Source: an uncultured virus (IMG/VR IMGVR_UViG_3300042503_001656)
Taxonomy: Duplodnaviria; Heunggongvirae; Uroviricota; Caudoviricetes
Direction: 5' to 3' (one strand)
Virus record (IMG/VR): IMGVR_UViG_3300042503_001656
Coordinates: 1 to 64,000 of that record
Length of the DNA: 64,000 nt
Position 1 is the first letter of the stretch. Each line of letters begins with the position of its first letter. Below the pieces are notes generated by a model. It did not search any database, was not told where the DNA came from, and saw only the letters and a program-made list of their open reading frames with translations. Made by a program: the position numbers and the translations under genes. Below, piece after piece: positions 19,997 to 29,432 of this stretch.

Positions 19997-20218
19997 TTAT
20001 TCGGAAGGTTTGTTGCCGTCGCGGAAGATAAGCCACTGTCCGTAGCAAGAGTTGAGAACAGCGCACAAAATAAGAATTATCGCTAATACTGTCCCTACAA
20101 AGAAAGACATGTAAGCGATAACAAGACTCAATCCAATGTGAAGCAACCCCTTCATGACGGGGTCTTCAGGAATCCATCTATCAATAACTGAAATCAGCTT
20201 TTCCAATGGTTTCTCCAC
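19997..20218 (-). CDS. Small membrane protein
   Basis: Two hydrophobic segments; start uncertain. Confidence 0.5.
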   Translation of the reverse strand: MEKPLEKLISVIDRWIPEDPVMKGLLHIGLSLVIAYMSFFVGTVLAIILILCAVLNSCYGQWLIFRDGNKPSE

Positions 20219-20433
20219 TGACTAGGTGAATGACCTTCCTCAGCCTCTGCTTTATCTTCCGGAGATTCATAAAGACGAATGGCGTGGATACATGGGTCTC
20301 CACCTTCTTCCCACATTTCTTCTTCTGCTTTTGTCTGTGGCAATCCGTCATGGGTTTCGCAAAGAGGTGGTGAACACCAACCTTGTTGCATGCCATAGGT
20401 AATCCATTCGTCAAAGTTGTTTATCTCGGCCAT
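20194..20433 (-). CDS. Hypothetical protein
   Basis: GWCSPPLCETHDG...DPCIH. Confidence 0.65.
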   Translation of the reverse strand: MAEINNFDEWITYGMQQGWCSPPLCETHDGLPQTKAEEEMWEEGGDPCIHAIRLYESPEDKAEAEEGHSPSQWRNHWKS

Positions 20434-20442
20434 GTCTAATCC

Positions 20443-20649
20443 TTAGAAAAGTGTTGGGTCATTGTCTACGCCGTCTTTGACGCAGTACTCATGAATGTAT
20501 CGGAAATCTTCTGTAATTATTGAATGGACGCTTCTGCCTTTTCCCTTCAACCAAACCGTAGCTTGCCGGACGACAGTGCTCGAGTTTCTATCTAAGGGAT
20601 GGCCACACTTCTCACAATAATAAAGCGATGGCATTTTCATGGTTCGCAT
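20443..20649 (-). CDS. Small Zn-ribbon protein
   Basis: CEKC...HEYC. Confidence 0.55.
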   Translation of the reverse strand: MRTMKMPSLYYCEKCGHPLDRNSSTVVRQATVWLKGKGRSVHSIITEDFRYIHEYCVKDGVDNDPTLF

Positions 20650-20775
20650 CTTATAGGAATAGCCCCGCTATTCCTACACACAGGGAGAAGGGCGAAACTT
20701 GTCGGCTAAGGGTGGGGTCTTGCTAAACTGGCAAAGCCGAAAGGCACACAGCGAAAAACAGCGAAAGGAAAAGCA

Positions 20776-21129
20776 GTGGCACTTACAGCACAGGAACTTG
20801 CGAAGCTCCCGATTTGGGAAGCAGAAGCGTTCGGGCGTTGGCTCGCAGGCGAAGCGTTTGATGACGGTTCTGACGATTATTACGATTCTTCCGAGGGAGA
20901 ACTTTACGCCGAGTTCGTCTCATCTTGGGTTTCGGGTGGAGGTCTTTACTCTGACGCCTCTCGGGCGTGGAATTCAGGTATCGCTCACCGTAACGGTTAC
21001 GCTTCAGCTCCCGAGGGAGATTACGAGGAACGCCCTGATTGGCTTCCTCGTTACGGCACCCCTGAATGGGAAGCTTACGAGCTTGCGATGGACGCACGAG
21101 ATTACATGGAAGAAATGCGAGGTTATTAG
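20776..21129 (+). CDS. Acidic aromatic-rich hypothetical protein (leadered)
   Basis: Promoter copy 20699, AAAGGAA SD. Confidence 0.7.
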   Translation: MALTAQELAKLPIWEAEAFGRWLAGEAFDDGSDDYYDSSEGELYAEFVSSWVSGGGLYSDASRAWNSGIAHRNGYASAPEGDYEERPDWLPRYGTPEWEAYELAMDARDYMEEMRGY

Positions 21130-21130
21130 G

Positions 21131-21313
21131 ATGCGAGCGATTCACAACACACCAATTCCCGACGAGCAAGAGTTCCCTATCCCCGACGATTGCGTTTGCG
21201 ACGGTGACGAGCTTTGCGAAGCTTGTCAGCGTGTCATCGCCGACGACCTGCGTCAGCAGGAGGAAGAGGAGGCGGGGCTCCTCTTGTACTTGTCGGTTGA
21301 GGGTGGGGACTAA
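21131..21313 (+). CDS. Small acidic Cys protein ending inside a promoter repeat
   Basis: C-terminus LSVEGGD is encoded by the repeat. Confidence 0.55.
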   Translation: MRAIHNTPIPDEQEFPIPDDCVCDGDELCEACQRVIADDLRQQEEEEAGLLLYLSVEGGD

Positions 21314-21325
21314 TAAAATTAGGTC

Positions 21326-21529
21326 ATGCTGATAACGACATATTGCAAAAACGAAAAGTGCGCTGAATTTGAGAACGACTTTGACGACCAAGAAGTTGAT
21401 TTAGACGGCGATTACACACTCAAGGATTGGGTTGAGTACGAATGGGATTGCCCAGAGTGTGGAGAGACCAGCACCCACTATGAGCAAGCGAAAGACCTGC
21501 ATCATGGTTATTGGTCAGATGACTACTAA
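21326..21529 (+). CDS. Leaderless acidic Zn-ribbon protein
   Basis: Promoter copy 21290; CKNEKC...CPEC. Confidence 0.7.
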   Translation: MLITTYCKNEKCAEFENDFDDQEVDLDGDYTLKDWVEYEWDCPECGETSTHYEQAKDLHHGYWSDDY

Positions 21530-21591
21530 CCGATAGCGCAATGCTTGTTGCGCTATCTAAAGGTATAGACGGGGCTATACCTTTAGATAGA

Positions 21592-21903
21592 TTATCGCAG
21601 AGCTTCTTTTCCTTCTTCAGTGATTTCGCAAACCTGCATCGCCGAACCGGCCGAAGAAGGTCGAGTTTCACCGGTGGGAACAATCAAGCCGTTAGCACGA
21701 AGTTCTGAGCACCTCTTCCAATAGCAACACTTTGGCTTCGAAGCAAGTCCAGTGGCTATGCCAGCTTCCTCATCAGTTAGACCACCGTGTAAATATTCAG
21801 CAAGTAACAGCATCGCTTGTGAGCGTTTACGAGGCTTGACATCTTCAGCACCCATCGCCGAAGTGGCCGGGTCTGCACTACGAAACATTGGTAAGTCGTT
21901 CAT
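21592..21903 (-). CDS. Winged-HTH phage protein
   Basis: R..DP.TS...GLTDEE...WKRCSELRANGLIVPTG. Confidence 0.7.
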   Translation of the reverse strand: MNDLPMFRSADPATSAMGAEDVKPRKRSQAMLLLAEYLHGGLTDEEAGIATGLASKPKCCYWKRCSELRANGLIVPTGETRPSSAGSAMQVCEITEEGKEALR

Positions 21904-22170
21904 AAGTTTCCTTCATCTATTTGTTTTCAAGTCTAAACATTATGCCAAGCGTTTGAACATCTGTCAATCTCACCACTACGGGAGCCCCGCCCCCGTAGTG
22001 GTGAGATTTGTCGGCTAGGGGTGGGTCGTGATAAGTTATTTACAGACAAGGAAGTAAGCCAAGTCGGTGGGGAAGCCTAGAAAGCACCACATTGTTGAAG
22101 CCGAGAGGTGGAGATGTGAATGACGGTGTAGCCCACATAAAAACCACCCAACAACAGCGAAAGAGAAAAA

Positions 22171-22287
22171 ATGGGATACGACTACGATTACGACTGGGAC
22201 GACCGAGACGAACTCGCAGGTCATCACGCCGCAGGCGCAGCCGAGGCACGAGCTGAGGACGAGCTGGACTGGGAAGAGGAGGAATAA
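22171..22287 (+). CDS. Very acidic microprotein (MGYDYDYDWDD...EEEE, 38 aa)
   Basis: Follows a ~130-nt leader from promoter copy 22008. Confidence 0.55.
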   Translation: MGYDYDYDWDDRDELAGHHAAGAAEARAEDELDWEEEE

Positions 22288-22406
22288 CCAGTCCCCTACG
22301 GGCGTAGCCCCGGCTTACCCCGTAGGGGTGATTTGTCGGCTAGGGGTTGTCTTTGCGAGAATGCAGGAGTGAACTCCATTGGGGGGTTCAGGAAGGAACA
22401 GCGATT

Positions 22407-22670
22407 ATGTGTCAATGTGAAGACCGACCCTGTTGTGGTCACCCAGCAGAGGAACTTGCTGATGCTCGTTATTGGGCAGAGCGTGAGTATTACGGCGATG
22501 ATTATGACCGTGATTACGACGAATACGACGGAAGCGACGAACGCTGTGAGGGCTGTGGGGGAACATTTGATGACCCTGAAGACGACGAAGCGTGTCTCTG
22601 TCGTGGCACCGATGGCTCTTGGGGGCGTGAAGATTCTGCTCTTGAGTCGTCGCTTTTTGGAGATTGCTAG
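22407..22670 (+). CDS. Acidic Cys-rich protein (MCQCEDRPCCGH)
   Basis: Promoter copy 22333, AAGGAA SD. Confidence 0.65.
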   Translation: MCQCEDRPCCGHPAEELADARYWAEREYYGDDYDRDYDEYDGSDERCEGCGGTFDDPEDDEACLCRGTDGSWGREDSALESSLFGDC

Positions 22671-22884
22671 ATAACCTCTAGGTAGTTGTAGGGGGTGGGT
22701 GTCCTGGATATTTGCCCACCCCCTAACAACCTCTCACCATTTGCGGTGGGGCGATGCGGTCTTTGGGGCAACCACATAGTCAAGACCCTAACAGCAGCGG
22801 GGCTGCTGTAGTGAAAGAATCAGAGCTGATAAATAATTCTGATTAGTTCTGACATTGTTTGACGCAAGGTCACTTCTATTAGGT

Positions 22885-23184
22885 ATGACAGCACTTATCC
22901 CTTCACCATCTGCTTACCATTCCAAGTCCCCTGATGAGTGGACACCACGAGACCTCTTTGAGCGTGAGGTGGATTGGTATTGTCAAGGCCATAGCCGTGT
23001 TCGCTACCGTTCTAAGGAGTGGATTGAGTTCACAGAACGCTTTGTACCGTACTGCGAAGATTGGAACGGCTGTTGGGTTGCTGAGGAAGCGTGGCGTGAG
23101 TTCACGCTTTATCTAACGCTCCCTGAGGGCGAGTATTACCCCGATGAATACCCTGAGGGGTGGCACTTCAGACGAGGCTATTAG
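22885..23184 (+). CDS. Trp/Tyr-rich hypothetical protein
   Basis: Open frame, ATG 22885. Confidence 0.6.
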   Translation: MTALIPSPSAYHSKSPDEWTPRDLFEREVDWYCQGHSRVRYRSKEWIEFTERFVPYCEDWNGCWVAEEAWREFTLYLTLPEGEYYPDEYPEGWHFRRGY

Positions 23185-23599
23185 AGTCTGAATCTACCCA
23201 CACATACGGAAGGTCGTCAGGTACGCCTTCCCAAATGCCACCGTAGAACTCAGGTGCTTTACGAATGAGATTACTTCTATGGGAATCAACAATGTCCATA
23301 CGACCCCACCATTCAGGAAGGTCTGTTTCATCGGGCTTTACTAACTCAACAATTTTGTCCATTGTTGTGTCTTTGTAGCCTCTTGACTTCCACTCAAGAC
23401 ACATAGCAACTCCGTAGGCAGATAGCCCCGGCAAGTTGTCTGCCCACATACGAGAAGCTGGGTGATTCCTCCAACCGTTTGTCATTCCTAGATTCGCACG
23501 AAGAATCTGAAATGTCTCGACCCGTTGCTTTCCTAGTCTCCGATAGTCGAGAACCTTTGCGATACTTTGGAAATCTAATTCGGGAACAAATACTTGCAT
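23168..23599 (-). CDS. Pyrimidine-dimer DNA glycosylase superfamily protein (MSMEG_6728-like)
   Basis: MQVF.P...LD..RLGKQRVE..QI...GW.NHPA..MW...SHRSNL.RK.P. Confidence 0.8.
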   Translation of the reverse strand: MQVFVPELDFQSIAKVLDYRRLGKQRVETFQILRANLGMTNGWRNHPASRMWADNLPGLSAYGVAMCLEWKSRGYKDTTMDKIVELVKPDETDLPEWWGRMDIVDSHRSNLIRKAPEFYGGIWEGVPDDLPYVWVDSDSNSLV

Positions 23600-23724
23600 A
23601 ACATCTCTTTTCAGTAGACAGCCAACGATAGTCATACTTCTACTGATTAGCAACACAAGTACGGGGCTCAGCCCTTGATGGCTGAGATTTGTCGGCTAGG
23701 GGTGGGCGTTGTTAGATTGTTCGT

Positions 23725-23946
23725 ATGGAAACAGCAACACAAACAGACCACCCGTACCTAGTCCAATTGCGTGACGAAGACGGCGCACCTATCGGTGCTC
23801 TTTACTTTCGCAACCTTGCGAACGCACAGGGCTACGCATTCACAATGCTCGGACATGAAAAGAGCACAGGGCTCGTTTGCTCGGCAGAGATTATGACGAA
23901 GCAAGCAGATGGTTGTTACATCGTCACAGAAGAAATGGAGTACTAG
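23725..23946 (+). CDS. Leaderless hypothetical protein (METAT)
   Basis: Promoter copy 23689. Confidence 0.7.
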   Translation: METATQTDHPYLVQLRDEDGAPIGALYFRNLANAQGYAFTMLGHEKSTGLVCSAEIMTKQADGCYIVTEEMEY

Positions 23947-23948
23947 AA

Positions 23949-24347
23949 ATGGGCGACAGAGCAGTAACAGGATTTAGGGAAACACCCGAATCACCAACGA
24001 TTTTCATTTACCAACATTGGGTAAATGGTGACCAGTGTGACGTTCTAGCAAGCGCATTAGAAGCGTCACGCCCTAGATGGAAAGACGATTCATACGCCAC
24101 CCGTATCTGTCTCTCTCAAATTATTGGAGAGAGTTGGAGTGGCGAATTGGGCTACGGCATTTACGCAAGTGGCACATCACACGGTGCCGACTACGATTAC
24201 ATTTTGGTAGTTGATTGGTCTCGTATGGTTGTGATGGTTTGTCGCAATGATGATTCGGATTCCGTAATTGGAGAATTGTCTTTTGACGATTTTCTTCTAC
24301 ACCCACAAACAGCAGTATCCGACATTCTTGACAGCGTGAGGAGTTGA
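23949..24347 (+). CDS. Conserved actinophage-type hypothetical protein
   Basis: MGDRA...Y.HW...RW.DDSYATRI. Confidence 0.7.
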   Translation: MGDRAVTGFRETPESPTIFIYQHWVNGDQCDVLASALEASRPRWKDDSYATRICLSQIIGESWSGELGYGIYASGTSHGADYDYILVVDWSRMVVMVCRNDDSDSVIGELSFDDFLLHPQTAVSDILDSVRS

Positions 24348-24419
24348 TAACAGGGGGAGCCCCGTCTCCCCCTGTTATTGGATTTGTCGGTTGAGGGTGG
24401 GTCTTGCTAATCTGATTAC

Positions 24420-24620
24420 ATGAACACAGCGACAGACATTCAGTTAGCAGAAGCACTACTCACGAGCCTTGCCCGTGTGATTGTGCGAAACTCAAAAGAC
24501 CACGATGAAATGGTTTCACAGTTCATCACCACTTGCACCACCTATCGCATTGAGTTGATGACCAACATGGCAGAGAACCTTTGGCAGAAGGTTCTCACCG
24601 TTCAGGAAGGAAACAAGTAA
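24420..24620 (+). CDS. Leaderless hypothetical protein (MNTAT)
   Basis: Promoter copy 24384. Confidence 0.7.
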   Translation: MNTATDIQLAEALLTSLARVIVRNSKDHDEMVSQFITTCTTYRIELMTNMAENLWQKVLTVQEGNK

Positions 24621-24796
24621 TGGCTTGCCGATGCGACTCACTTGGGTATCAGTGCCCTGATTGCGACAGGTTCTACACCAACAGCGAACGCTACGCACAC
24701 ATTCACGATGCGAAGTTTGACCGTAATGGCAACTTCACAGGGCGTGACAGTTGGAAAGACAACGATGAGTTTTTTGATGGGGACTGGGACGACTAA
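24620..24796 (+). CDS. Small Cys/acidic protein
   Basis: TAATG coupling. Confidence 0.6.
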   Translation: MACRCDSLGYQCPDCDRFYTNSERYAHIHDAKFDRNGNFTGRDSWKDNDEFFDGDWDD

Positions 24797-25056
24797 TGGG
24801 ATTATTTACTTCCTACGTTTTTTATCGTGTTGGCAAGAGTCGTGGCGAGCGAAAAGCGAGACAACGAGACCACGGGGCTCCGGCTTGTTATGACGAGCGG
24901 TGCGATGATTACTACTACTGCAAAGCAAGTGAGAACTGCAACGGTCAATGCACTTACGAGAATCAAGAGTAGCTCTCGCTTGCGTAGCCCCGCTACGCAA
25001 TAAGCACGGCCATTCTCGATTTGTCGGTTAGGGGTTGACGTTGCTAATCTTTGAGC

Positions 25057-25494
25057 ATGGAAACAGCAACACACGCCGAGCAGATTCTGCAGGCAGACCG
25101 TACTATCAGAGACCGCAAGGTTACTTATGTCTGGAAGAATCAGACTCTCGATAAGGATTGGGACGGCACGCCTGCAGGCGAACAGGTCGAGATAGAACTA
25201 CGTCACGACACCAAGCGCAAGCAATACACCGCAACTATTCGACTTGTTTGGTGGCAACCTAATGACCGTGGGTTTACCGTCACCATGTACGCACCATTCG
25301 ACAACGTGACTTATCCGTCTTCACGCTTTCATAGTCAAGGCGTGAACCGATACAGCGATAAGTCGTTTGCGCAATTCGAGACAGATTCTCTTTCTATTGT
25401 TTCTGAAGTTCTGCATGAACTCGAGAACTCCGATAGAGACAAGTCGACAGACACAGTCCTTGTTCGACTACTCGATAAAGTTCTAACTTTCTAA
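25057..25494 (+). CDS. Leaderless hypothetical protein (METAT)
   Basis: Promoter copy 25021. Confidence 0.75.
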   Translation: METATHAEQILQADRTIRDRKVTYVWKNQTLDKDWDGTPAGEQVEIELRHDTKRKQYTATIRLVWWQPNDRGFTVTMYAPFDNVTYPSSRFHSQGVNRYSDKSFAQFETDSLSIVSEVLHELENSDRDKSTDTVLVRLLDKVLTF

Positions 25495-25608
25495 TCGAGA
25501 GAGGCCAAGCATCTTATGGTGCTTGTGTCTCTCCCTACGGGAGACGGGGCTCCCGTAGGGAGATTGTCCGGTTTGTCGGTTAGGGGGTGGGCATACTAAG
25601 GTGGGTGC

Positions 25609-25887
25609 ATGGAAACAGCGACAACATACACGGTAACCATTTCAGACAATGTGTTCTGCGATTGGAGAACGCGCGGCCTTATTGACAACATCAACGAGGA
25701 CACCGAGCGTTGCGTAATCGTAAAGAGAACGAAAACACTCTGCACACTGACAATGGATAAAGAAGCACTGAACTACCTCATCAGTGACTTGGAATACCAA
25801 ATAGAAATCATTCAACAGAACGGCGACGGAGATAGTCCGGCAATGTTCAAGAGGGCACTAGCAAAACTCAACGCAGCGAAAGGATAA
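25609..25887 (+). CDS. Leaderless hypothetical protein (METAT)
   Basis: Promoter copy 25573. Confidence 0.75.
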   Translation: METATTYTVTISDNVFCDWRTRGLIDNINEDTERCVIVKRTKTLCTLTMDKEALNYLISDLEYQIEIIQQNGDGDSPAMFKRALAKLNAAKG

Positions 25888-26010
25888 AGCAATGCGTAAC
25901 CCATTCATCATCAAGACCGGCCCAAACGAGGGCTACACCTACTTCCGTCTCATCAAGGCGAAGGCGTATCTTCGCTACTTGCGTATTCGCTACGCAAGGT
26001 AGTCGAGAAG

Positions 26011-26080
26011 TATCCGGATGCTCACCGGCTGAGTATCCGGATACTTTACCGGCTGCGTGTCCGGCTATTCTTCCCGGTTG
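26011..26080. repeat. Six CCGG-centred repeats at 11-13 bp spacing
   Basis: CCGG at 26014, 26025, 26037, 26049, 26061, 26074. Confidence 0.7.
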
Positions 26081-26165
26081 CAAATCAGCAGCGGGGCTTC
26101 TGCTGATTTGTCGGTCGAGGGGTGGCGTTGCTAAGGTGATTACGTCTACAGCGAAAGGGGACACT

Positions 26166-26459
26166 ATGCCGAACACGGCTATCAAAATCCGCAAAACCAA
26201 AAGTGGTAGAGGCGTTATCTACAAGCTCGAACCAGCACTGGTTACTGAGTCGGGCCCAGTCGAGTATGTCATTTACGAGTGCATCTCGAACCCACAAACA
26301 TACGGTGGAATGATTTCGCCAGTGAAGGTCACAACTCTCGTGGCCTGCGTACCTTCAGAGAATGGTTACGACACAAAGAGAGCACTTTTCTCTCGCCGAT
26401 ATGACGGCAAGAGACTGTCGGTACAGAAGGCCTTCGAGCAGATTGGATACTCAGCATGA
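26166..26459 (+). CDS. Hypothetical protein (leadered)
   Basis: Promoter copy 26108; AAAGGGG SD. Confidence 0.7.
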   Translation: MPNTAIKIRKTKSGRGVIYKLEPALVTESGPVEYVIYECISNPQTYGGMISPVKVTTLVACVPSENGYDTKRALFSRRYDGKRLSVQKAFEQIGYSA

Positions 26460-26689
26460 AACACTATTTCATTGTTTGCTTCGACGCAGAGTCGAACACT
26501 TGGGATTGGGATACGGAGCAAGAGGAGGCCTCACTCACTGACGGCACTTGCTTCGATGAGAAATCTGGAGAATGGGTTTACGCCTATCTCGGTGATGGTG
26601 AGTACATCGACGACGAAGACCTACTGTCAGAACAACTGTGCAGCCATCTCAGAATGATGAACAACGAAAGGAAAGCTGCTGCCGAATAG
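26456..26689 (+). CDS. Acidic hypothetical protein
   Basis: ATGA overlap. Confidence 0.65.
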   Translation: MKHYFIVCFDAESNTWDWDTEQEEASLTDGTCFDEKSGEWVYAYLGDGEYIDDEDLLSEQLCSHLRMMNNERKAAAE

Positions 26690-26781
26690 CGCAGCAAAAT
26701 TCCGGTGCAGCAAGCAAGCGGGGCTTGCTGCAGGTCGTCAAGAGTTTGTCGGCTTGGGGTAGGGCCAACTAAGATAAAGAC

Positions 26782-26994
26782 ATGGAAACAGCGATGAACA
26801 TTCAGGTAACAACGGAACACGAAAATTGCGAATACTGCAATAACTTCATTGACGGAAGTGTTGAGCAATTTCTCTCCGATGACAGGTACAACGTTGCTAG
26901 CGGTTACGGGCACATCACTTCTGCTGGTGGCTACGGTGGCACAACGGCAGACGGCGTAACTCACTCCGCTATGGTGCGTTGGGCTACGGCCTAA
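26782..26994 (+). CDS. Leaderless hypothetical protein (METAM)
   Basis: Promoter copy 26746. Confidence 0.7.
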   Translation: METAMNIQVTTEHENCEYCNNFIDGSVEQFLSDDRYNVASGYGHITSAGGYGGTTADGVTHSAMVRWATA

Positions 26995-27000
26995 CAAAAA

Positions 27001-27123
27001 TTCCGGCAGCGGAAAACACGCAGCAGCGCAGCACAAGCAACGAGCTGCACGCAGCACAAGTAACGGCAGCAGTTATTACGGCAGCACAAAACACTGCGGC
27101 ACAAACCAGGCAGCAATGCGGCC
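27001..27123. repeat. GCNGC-rich degenerate ~15-bp tandem repeat
   Basis: GCAGC/GCGGC at 27051, 27066, 27081, 27096, 27110 plus further copies. Confidence 0.65.
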
Positions 27124-27196
27124 ATACATAGGTGCATAGCCCCGCTATGCACCTATGTATTTGTCGGCTTGGGGTGGGTAGTGCTAAGGTAAAGAC

Positions 27197-27409
27197 ATGG
27201 CAACAGCGAAAACAAAAAAACTCAAAGTTCAAGATGTAGTTGGCAACGAAGTGCGTTTGCACTCTCAGCTGTGGATACAGGGATACTGTGACGGTATCTG
27301 CACTGGCTACGACAGCAAGCGTGGAGTGTTCTTCTTCCGTCGTCATGGCCAGCAACTTGATGAGGGTACTTACGAAGTACGCAACATCTCACAGTTTGAA
27401 TTGCTGTAA
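27197..27409 (+). CDS. Leaderless hypothetical protein (MATAK)
   Basis: Promoter copy 27161; GGGAACC-GAAA-GGTTCCC hairpin follows. Confidence 0.7.
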   Translation: MATAKTKKLKVQDVVGNEVRLHSQLWIQGYCDGICTGYDSKRGVFFFRRHGQQLDEGTYEVRNISQFELL

Positions 27410-27510
27410 GGGAATGAGGGAACCGAAAGGTTCCCTTTACCCGTATTGAGCCCCGGTATTGGCTGCATCGATTGCGCAGCAGAAATCACTGCGGCACAAA
27501 AGTACTGCTG

Positions 27511-27711
27511 CTAGTCTTCCGGCAAATCGTCGTATTCGTCGAGCCTGGAGATAAGGTCAGCTTTCTCTTCTTCGGTCATCGACAGTGCAGCTTCGCTTGG
27601 CCGGTACACCCACTCCCCATCTTCTCTCATTGCTACATCGAGCAGCCCGGCTTTCACCATCAGGTATAAGTCGCGGGCCAGGTCATCAGTTGTGTATTCG
27701 CTATTTGCCAT
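27511..27711 (-). CDS. Small wHTH-like protein, paralog of 9291-9575
   Basis: Shared motif GL..V...DGEW.Y...MTEEE. Confidence 0.65.
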   Translation of the reverse strand: MANSEYTTDDLARDLYLMVKAGLLDVAMREDGEWVYRPSEAALSMTEEEKADLISRLDEYDDLPED

Positions 27712-27798
27712 CCAGGCAGCATAGACCGGATGGCAGCAAAAACACGGGGCTCAAAACAGATTTGTCGGTTAGGGGTGGGGGGTAGTAAGGTGGTTCTT

Positions 27799-28005
27799 GT
27801 GAGGGAGACCCACCGCCTCTCCTCCGATACAACCGAATCGCACCAGTCCCTCCGCAGGATAAGGCTCTGGACAGCAAGCCTCTGATGGGCGTACGACCAT
27901 CAAGCATCCGCCACAGTCCACCCGTCCTCCCTCTCGCGCGATAACTGCTCTAGGCTCGGGGGTGCTAGCCCCAGTATCGGAGGTGGGGCGGGGGGTCTTT
28001 TTCTT
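27799..28005 (+). ncRNA. Candidate ~205-nt structured sRNA (copy 1)
   Basis: Promoter copy 27762; 27801-27830 pairs with 27974-28003 (30 bp, 2 mismatches); U-rich 3' end; CCTCC motifs; GGATAAGGCTCT shared with copy 2. Confidence 0.75.
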
Positions 28006-28074
28006 TGTGCCAAAAGCGGGGCTTGGCACAAAGAAAGTTTGTCGGTCGTGGGTGGCCTGTTCTAAGATTGTCTT

Positions 28075-28377
28075 ATGAAAACAACAGCGAACAACGAAAC
28101 AAGGGCAGCAATGAACGCTGCGTATCTAAACCCATTCGTCACGACATTGACTCTTGACGAAGTGCCGCACAAACGCAAATACACAAAAGAGCTGCGGGCT
28201 GGAGATTTCGTGGCCGTGTTTGTCAGCACCTCTCAGAAAGTTTGGGAAGGCTATTTTTCTTGGAAAGAAATCCGGACGATTGCTGCGACCCCCCAGGCCT
28301 ATGTCCTGAAGTTCACAGACGGAACAGACGAACGACACCCAAAGTTCTCAGCAGGTAAATGGGAAGTGATGAAATAA
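28075..28377 (+). CDS. Leaderless hypothetical protein (MKTTA)
   Basis: Promoter copy 28039. Confidence 0.7.
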   Translation: MKTTANNETRAAMNAAYLNPFVTTLTLDEVPHKRKYTKELRAGDFVAVFVSTSQKVWEGYFSWKEIRTIAATPQAYVLKFTDGTDERHPKFSAGKWEVMK

Positions 28378-28495
28378 CCCGCCGGAAATTCCGGCAGCCG
28401 CACGCACGAGTGGCTAGCCCCGCTAGCCACTAATACGTGAGTGCTCCTCTTTCGTAAATTGTCGGTTAGGGGTGGGTGGGTGTAATGTTGGAGAC

Positions 28496-28792
28496 ATGAA
28501 CACAACAGCAACAACACACACACAGTCAGCCCAACTAATTGACGATGCAACCCGTGAGGGTCGCCTCTATCACTTCAACGGTGGGCAGGCATACATCAAA
28601 GCAAGTGAGGACGATGTTCTCCTAATCATTGACATGACACAGGAAACACCCGACTTCACTTACCACTATGGTGAGTTTGCCTCTAACTACTTCCGTAACA
28701 ACCACCCACAGCCCACAGACAGGGAACCACTTGTTCCGTTCTACGCAGAAGTGGACAAAAGAAAATTGTCGGTTCAGGGTGGGAAGAACTAA
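28496..28792 (+). CDS. Leaderless hypothetical protein ending in the next promoter repeat
   Basis: Promoter copy 28459; C-terminus LSVQGGKN. Confidence 0.7.
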   Translation: MNTTATTHTQSAQLIDDATREGRLYHFNGGQAYIKASEDDVLLIIDMTQETPDFTYHYGEFASNYFRNNHPQPTDREPLVPFYAEVDKRKLSVQGGKN

Positions 28793-28801
28793 GATAGAGA
28801 C

Positions 28802-28984
28802 ATGGAAACAGCACAAGCATTCATCATCGTCACTTGGTTCTTGGTCAAGTGTGCAGGACTCGCAATCTTTGCAGTCGGCGCATACACCACTATCCAATGG
28901 ATTAGGAAAAATGTCTCATTCTTCACTTACGAAGATGTAGACCCATCAGAAGACCCCGACTGGGTTCGGGAAAACTACGGATAA
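28802..28984 (+). CDS. Leaderless small membrane protein (METAQ)
   Basis: Promoter copy 28766; hydrophobic N-half. Confidence 0.7.
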   Translation: METAQAFIIVTWFLVKCAGLAIFAVGAYTTIQWIRKNVSFFTYEDVDPSEDPDWVRENYG

Positions 28985-29109
28985 CAATCCGTAGACAGCG
29001 ACAGCGAGAAAGTTCTTGCTCCCAGTTTGTCGCTGTACTGGTTGAGCAGAAAGAGAAAGAGTCACTTTCGGGTGGCTCTTTCTCTATGTGGAGCCCCGGT
29101 TCTCCGGAC

Positions 29110-29313
29110 AAAAAGAAAGAGCCCCAGCAATAAAGCTGAAGCTCTTCTCTCCTTGTGACTCACCATTAGAGCTCTCAAGGAAGAGCTTATGTCTGGTCGT
29201 GAGCCAATCCAGCAAGGGGGACTTCCTTACCCGATAGTTGGTATCTGCCGATGTCCCTAACCCAATCGAGCTAAGTACGGTTTCGTTCCTCAACAGCAGT
29301 GTCCCTGACTGAT
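29110..29313 (-). ncRNA. Candidate minus-strand ~200-nt transcript without a credible ORF
   Basis: TTGACA-N17-TAATGT at 29348-29320(-); terminator hairpin plus U-tract ending near 29110. Confidence 0.4.
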
Positions 29314-29432
29314 AGGTAAACATTACCAGCATTTCTCCAGCTTGTCAACTCAAATAGTCACGGCCTCAATCTAGGCAACGGGGCTCATTTCCCGATTTGT
29401 CGGGTCAGGGGGGGTGGTGATAAATTGGTCTT

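Noticed and set aside
29270..29310. Hammerhead-like CTGTTGAG..CGAAAC on the minus strand
   Set aside because: Core deviates from CUGAUGA and I could not form stems I and III.
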